The notes under the pieces: model-generated
Databases searched by the model: none
Told to the model about the DNA's origin: nothing
The model's input: the letters and a program-made list of their open reading frames with translations, nothing else
Program-made: the position numbers and the translations under genes
Shown here: one piece after another, positions 6,289 to 8,681 of the stretch
How the letters are laid out: each line of letters opens with the position of its first letter
Numbering within the stretch: position 1 is the stretch's first letter
Assembly (NCBI GenBank): GCA_002779075.1
Contig: PEXK01000019.1
Coordinates: 1-8,681, forward strand
Source: Candidatus Diapherotrites archaeon CG08_land_8_20_14_0_20_30_16
GTDB lineage: Archaea > Iainarchaeota > Iainarchaeia > Iainarchaeales > 0-14-0-20-30-16
DNA length: 8,681 nt
Direction: 5' to 3'

Positions 6289-6771
6289 ATGGTAGATGAA
6301 AAAGTATTGTATGAAGGAAAACCAAGTTATAAGTTGTTTTGGTCATTTTCAATAAGCTGGATTTTGATTTTTATTTTAGTATTTTTGATTTTTGTTTTGA
6401 ATCCTCTTATTATTGCATTTTCTACAGGCCTAACAAACACAGCATGGACAATTTTAATTTGTTATATTCTTATTTGTGCAATAATTCTTGTTTATTTACT
6501 GTTTTTGGTTAAAACATATAAATACAAAATAACAGACAAAGGGATTTATTTCTCTGGCGGTATATTAACAAAAAGAGAAAAGTTTGTTCCTTTTTTCAAA
6601 GTAACAAATGTTGATGTTTTGCAAACTTTTATTGACCAGCTTTTAGGAATATCTAAATTAGGGTTTCAAACAGCAGGCCAAGGAGCTGCAAATATGCCTG
6701 AAATAACCTTTCGTGGTTTAGAAAACCCAACAAAACCAAAAGAAATAGCATTAAAATGGCTCACTAAGTGA
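6289..6771 (+). CDS. membrane protein with bacterial-type PH domain (bPH_2 / YdbS-like, PF03703)
   Basis: 160 aa. The layout is the N-terminal EKVLYEGKPS motif, two TM helices, then YKYKITDKGIYFSGGILTKREKFVPFFKVTNVDVLQTFIDQLLGISKLGFQTAG. That sequence fits the bPH_2 consensus (Y.it..ri....G.l.r....ip...iq.v.v.q....r.lGl..l.i.Tag). Confidence 0.8.
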   Translation: MVDEKVLYEGKPSYKLFWSFSISWILIFILVFLIFVLNPLIIAFSTGLTNTAWTILICYILICAIILVYLLFLVKTYKYKITDKGIYFSGGILTKREKFVPFFKVTNVDVLQTFIDQLLGISKLGFQTAGQGAANMPEITFRGLENPTKPKEIALKWLTK

Positions 6772-6790
6772 GAGCTTTTAAGGACTTTTA

Positions 6791-6811
6791 GTTAAGTTTA
6801 TAAAACTTAAC
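6791..6811. terminator. perfect 9-bp hairpin GTTAAGTTT-ATA-AAACTTAAC, 20 nt after the bPH_2 gene stop
   Basis: Read directly. Its position suggests a 3'-end structure for the plus-strand operon. No strong T-run follows, so terminator function is uncertain. Confidence 0.3.
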
Positions 6812-6840
6812 GAAATGGCAATGAAATATATCGAAAAAAC

Positions 6841-6913
6841 AACACATTAAACAGAGTGTATAAGATTTCTGTCTTAGAGTATAAAACTTAGAACACAAGG
6901 TTCAAAGTTTTTT
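6841..6913 (+). repeat. unit A of a degenerate repeat: AACACAT ... AGTGT-ATAAG ... CTTA-GA-ACAC hairpin + T6
   Basis: AACACAT lies at 6841-6847. A hairpin forms from 6856-6864 (GTGT A TAAG) and 6887-6896 (CTTA GA ACAC). A T6 run lies at 6908-6913 on the plus strand. The unit aligns block by block with unit B. Confidence 0.5.
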
Positions 6914-6920
6914 ACTTATT

Positions 6921-6955
6921 GTTAGAAGCTCTTTGGAATACAAAGCCATTCTAAC
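6921..6955. other. two-tier hairpin GTTAGAA..CTTTG-GAATA-CAAAG..TTCTAAC
   Basis: The outer 7 bp pair 6921-6927 with 6949-6955. The inner 5 bp pair 6931-6935 with 6941-6945, and the loop is 5 nt. It lies between repeat units A and B. Confidence 0.45.
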
Positions 6956-7037
6956 ACATGATGTGAAATCTTTTACAAAGTGTCATAAGTTTTGTGTAAA
7001 TAAAACCTTAATGACACAATGTTTTTGTGTATTTTTT
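6953..7037 (+). repeat. unit B of the degenerate repeat: AACACAT ... AGTGTCATAAG ... CTTAATGACAC hairpin + T5/T6
   Basis: AACACAT lies at 6953-6959. A long imperfect hairpin spans 6980-7017 (GTGTCATAAGTTTT / AAAACCTTAATGACAC, 14 bp with two bulges). T5 (7022-7026) and T6 (7032-7037) follow on the plus strand. Confidence 0.5.
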
Positions 7038-7039
7038 AG

Positions 7040-7083
7040 TAGAATAAAATATAAAAATAGAAAAGGGTGATTTTTAATCACCC
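7040..7083 (-). terminator. hairpin GGGTGATT-AAA-AATCACCC followed by a T-rich tract on the minus strand (terminator and/or IS right-end hairpin)
   Basis: An 8-bp perfect stem (7065-7072 / 7076-7083) with a 3-nt loop. In minus sense it is followed by TTTTCTATTTTTATATTTTATT. It lies 196 nt downstream of the tnpB stop. Confidence 0.5.
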
Positions 7084-7310
7084 ATCTTATTTAAAACTTA
7101 GATTTACTTTTTTTTCTTTTTTACAGCCTTCTTTTTCTTAGCCATTTTTCATCCCTCACAATAAACACTAACAACTTTTTGTTAATTATCAGTAATATAT
7201 ACAGAATATATAAATACTTTTCTTTTTTGGATAAACATGTCAACTATCAATTAATGAATTAATCGGCTTGTAACTCTATTAGGCTACATTTGGGTGATTG
7301 ACTGCACCCT
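7050..7310 (-). ncRNA. candidate TnpB omega-RNA (reRNA) region; extent approximate
   Basis: In IS200/IS605 elements the omega-RNA overlaps the tnpB 3' end and runs to the right end. Here that interval holds a GGGTG/CACCC hairpin at 7292-7309, a minus-strand TTTATATA box at 7207-7214, and a related terminal hairpin at 7065-7083. No covariance or expression evidence is available. Confidence 0.3.
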
Positions 7311-8364
7311 GCACAAAATCAGATATACCAATTCTGGCGATGTTTCTACTTGCATTTAAATCTGCGTGTAATTCATAACCACACTCATTGCAATGGAATA
7401 GATTATTATTACGATTATTTTTATCTGTAAATCCACAGTGTGAACACTCTTGACTCGTATATCTGGGATTAATATATATTACAGATTTACCTAATCTTTC
7501 TGCTTTATATTCCAAGAAACTCATTAATTTTCTAAAAGACCAATTACCTATATTTTTTCTCATAGTTTTATTTAATCTTTTAGTTTTTATATGTTTTATA
7601 TTTTCCATAGCAAAAAGAGTATATGGCAAGTTAACTATTTGTTTACTTATTATATGATTTACATTTTTAACAAAACGGTTCTCTTTTCCACTAATTAATT
7701 TAAGTTTTCTTTTAGAGGACTTAGTGCCTTTAGATTGTAAATCACTTTTTTGTTTTTGGTATTTTCCTTTAATATTTCTTAACTTCTTTGAATTAAAGAA
7801 AATATTGTTTGATAATGTTGCAATATTTTTAATTCCAACATCTATACCTAATACTTTAATTTCTTTTTGCTTTTCTACTGGTGATTGCTCCATTTGTAAA
7901 TTAAGAAAATAATTTTTATATTTTCTTCTTATTAATTGAGCATTTGTATATTTCCAATCTTTATATTTTAAATAATAATCTGCAACGTTTAAAGGCAGTT
8001 TTAATCTACCAAACATAGTATTTATTGATATTTTTTTCTTATCAAACATTACAGAAAGACATCGTTTATCATATCTAATTGAAGAGTATTCTTTTTTTAT
8101 TGGTTTAACTTTAAATTTTAATGATTTCAACATATCGCTTGCATGGTCTCTTGCTGTTTGAACCATAGCACTAGAAAAACGAGGATATTTTTCTCTAATT
8201 AGTTTGTAAGTTCCATAATGTAATTTATTCTTATTAAATGTGTGATTTTCAAAACCATAATTAATAATCTCTTGACATATTTTGTTGTAAGTAGATACAG
8301 TAGAATTAAGATTGTCATTTTTTCCTAATTTTATTATTATGGTTGTAACTTGTTTATTAATCAC
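7279..8364 (-). CDS. tnpB: TnpB (IS200/IS605 OrfB-type RuvC nuclease, RNA-guided endonuclease family)
   Basis: 361 aa from GTG 8364; no in-frame ATG lies near the N-terminus. RuvC-I is LGIDVGIKN (D175). RuvC-II is FAMENI (E254). The zinc ribbon is TSQECSHCG...FHCNECG. RuvC-III is HADLNASRNIA (D335). Order and spacing are typical of TnpB. Confidence 0.93.
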   Translation of the reverse strand: MINKQVTTIIIKLGKNDNLNSTVSTYNKICQEIINYGFENHTFNKNKLHYGTYKLIREKYPRFSSAMVQTARDHASDMLKSLKFKVKPIKKEYSSIRYDKRCLSVMFDKKKISINTMFGRLKLPLNVADYYLKYKDWKYTNAQLIRRKYKNYFLNLQMEQSPVEKQKEIKVLGIDVGIKNIATLSNNIFFNSKKLRNIKGKYQKQKSDLQSKGTKSSKRKLKLISGKENRFVKNVNHIISKQIVNLPYTLFAMENIKHIKTKRLNKTMRKNIGNWSFRKLMSFLEYKAERLGKSVIYINPRYTSQECSHCGFTDKNNRNNNLFHCNECGYELHADLNASRNIARIGISDFVQGAVNHPNVA

Positions 8365-8427
8365 ATATATTATTTACCAGATTAAGTTTAAAAACATATA
8401 TATAGTATATTATTTAAGCAAATTCAT

Positions 8428-8447
8428 CCAACCATTGAAATGATTGG
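8428..8447. other. imperfect hairpin CCAACCAT-TGAA-ATGATTGG (candidate IS left-end subterminal hairpin)
   Basis: An 8-position stem with one C/A mismatch and a 4-nt loop. It contains TGATTG, which also occurs at 7295-7300 inside the tnpB-3' hairpin motif. Confidence 0.35.
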
Positions 8448-8463
8448 TTTTCTTTACACGAGA

Positions 8464-8471
8464 TTTATAAA
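8464..8471 (+). promoter_or_regulatory. candidate TATA box (TTTATAAA) for the 8493.. gene, with leaderless spacing
   Basis: It starts 29 nt upstream of ATG 8493, and no SD lies between. Confidence 0.4.
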
Positions 8472-8492
8472 GTTTAACAAATATATTATATT

Positions 8493-8681
8493 ATGGCAAG
8501 AGAACCATTACAAAGAAAAAAATTTTTGAAACCTAATTATGATCCTACTGCTAAATTGTCTAGATTAAGAAGAATACCCTCTACAAGAAATTTAGCAGAA
8601 GGGGTTAAAAATTTTATCAGAACCAATCCATTACTTGTATTAAGAGCATCTAGACGAATTGAAACATCAAAGGGCCCCAAA
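8493..8681 (+). CDS. hypothetical basic protein, 5' part only (runs off the window end)
   Basis: ATG at 8493 opens 63 codons to the window edge: MAREPLQRKKFLKPNYDPTAKLSRLRRIPSTRNLAEGVKNFIRTNPLLVLRASRRIETSKGPK. It is not in the ORF track, presumably because there is no stop. It is Arg/Lys-rich and may bind nucleic acid or the ribosome, but the family is not recognised. Confidence 0.55.
   Translation, partial: MAREPLQRKKFLKPNYDPTAKLSRLRRIPSTRNLAEGVKNFIRTNPLLVLRASRRIETSKGPK

Larger units (their letters stand above)
7050..8466 (-). mobile_element. IS200/IS605-family element of the tnpB-only (IS1341-like) type; boundaries approximate
   Basis: tnpB is flanked by an imperfect hairpin 64-83 nt upstream (8428-8447) and a perfect hairpin 196-214 nt downstream (7065-7083). 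No tnpA is present in the window. The ends were placed about 10-20 nt outside the hairpins by analogy with characterised family members, not observed. Confidence 0.4.

Noticed and set aside
6782-6788. AAAGTCC on the minus strand, resembling the RNase P RNA CR-I core (GAGGAAAGUCC)
   Set aside because: Only 7 nt match, with no flanking GAGG or GGGC. No other conserved RNase P regions were seen, and the position would put the RNA 5' end against the bPH_2 coding region.
6958-6966. ATGATGTGA resembling a C box (RUGAUGA) of a C/D sRNA
   Set aside because: The last position mismatches. No CUGA D box or C'/D' pair lies at a suitable distance on the same strand.
6802-7100. Recurring AAAACTTA motif (6802-6809, 6883-6890, 7093-7100; variant AAAACCTTA at 7002-7010), considered as a possible mini CRISPR-like array
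   Set aside because: The repeats are only 8 nt and the spacing is irregular (about 81, 119 and 91 nt). There are no longer conserved repeat units and no cas genes. The motif is better explained as part of the hairpin arms and degenerate repeat units.
7386-7395. Perfect 10-bp palindrome CATTGCAATG inside tnpB
   Set aside because: It falls in the codons for the second CxxC of the zinc ribbon (H-C-N-E). It is most simply a coding coincidence rather than a regulatory or recombination site.
1491-8681. Idea that the region right of tRNA-Asp is a tRNA-targeted integrated element (TA-like modules plus an IS downstream of a tRNA)
   Set aside because: There is no integrase or recombinase ORF. I found no direct repeat of the tRNA 3' half anywhere in the window. 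The region also contains the core gene cdc48. The accessory genes are better viewed as individual small insertions.

Overview
AT-rich (judged by eye, not computed), gene-dense fragment that reads as archaeal, possibly a small-genome DPANN-type lineage. That placement is inference from four things: a two-ring Cdc48/VAT ATPase, a class III signal-peptide protein, a tRNA without encoded CCA, and TTTATAAA-type TATA boxes about 26-30 nt upstream of start codons (leaderless-style). Contents, left to right: (1) A prepilin-like secreted protein (80..832) converging on a membrane-anchored hypothetical (840..1460, minus). (2) tRNA-Asp(GTC) (1491..1562, minus), followed by about 150 nt of back-to-back stem-loops and a 2x12-nt tandem repeat. 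(3) A tightly packed plus-strand block: a 409-aa protein that looks like a single-chain fusion of a UPF0175-like HTH and a COG2405/DUF3368-type PIN-like domain (1875..3104), an overlapping 4-TM protein (3091..3486), and Cdc48/VAT (3504..5657). (4) An RHH antitoxin (5705..5923) with a PIN_2-type toxin gene broken by a +1 frame change inside an A9 run (5925..6279; the C-terminal frame is absent from the ORF track). (5) A YdbS-like bPH_2 membrane protein (6289..6771). (6) About 500 nt of non-coding, hairpin-dense DNA containing two degenerate copies of a hairpin + T-run unit. (7) A stand-alone TnpB gene (7279..8364, minus) with intact RuvC and zinc-ribbon motifs, candidate LE/RE hairpins and a candidate omega-RNA region. 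(8) The 5' end of an unrecognised basic protein running off the window (8493..8681). No CRISPR array, rRNA, tnpA or integrase was seen. The best candidates for follow-up are the TnpB/omega-RNA module with the adjacent structured repeats, and the fused antitoxin-like/PIN-like protein that appears translationally coupled to a membrane protein and Cdc48. All domain calls come from motif recognition by eye and need profile searches.
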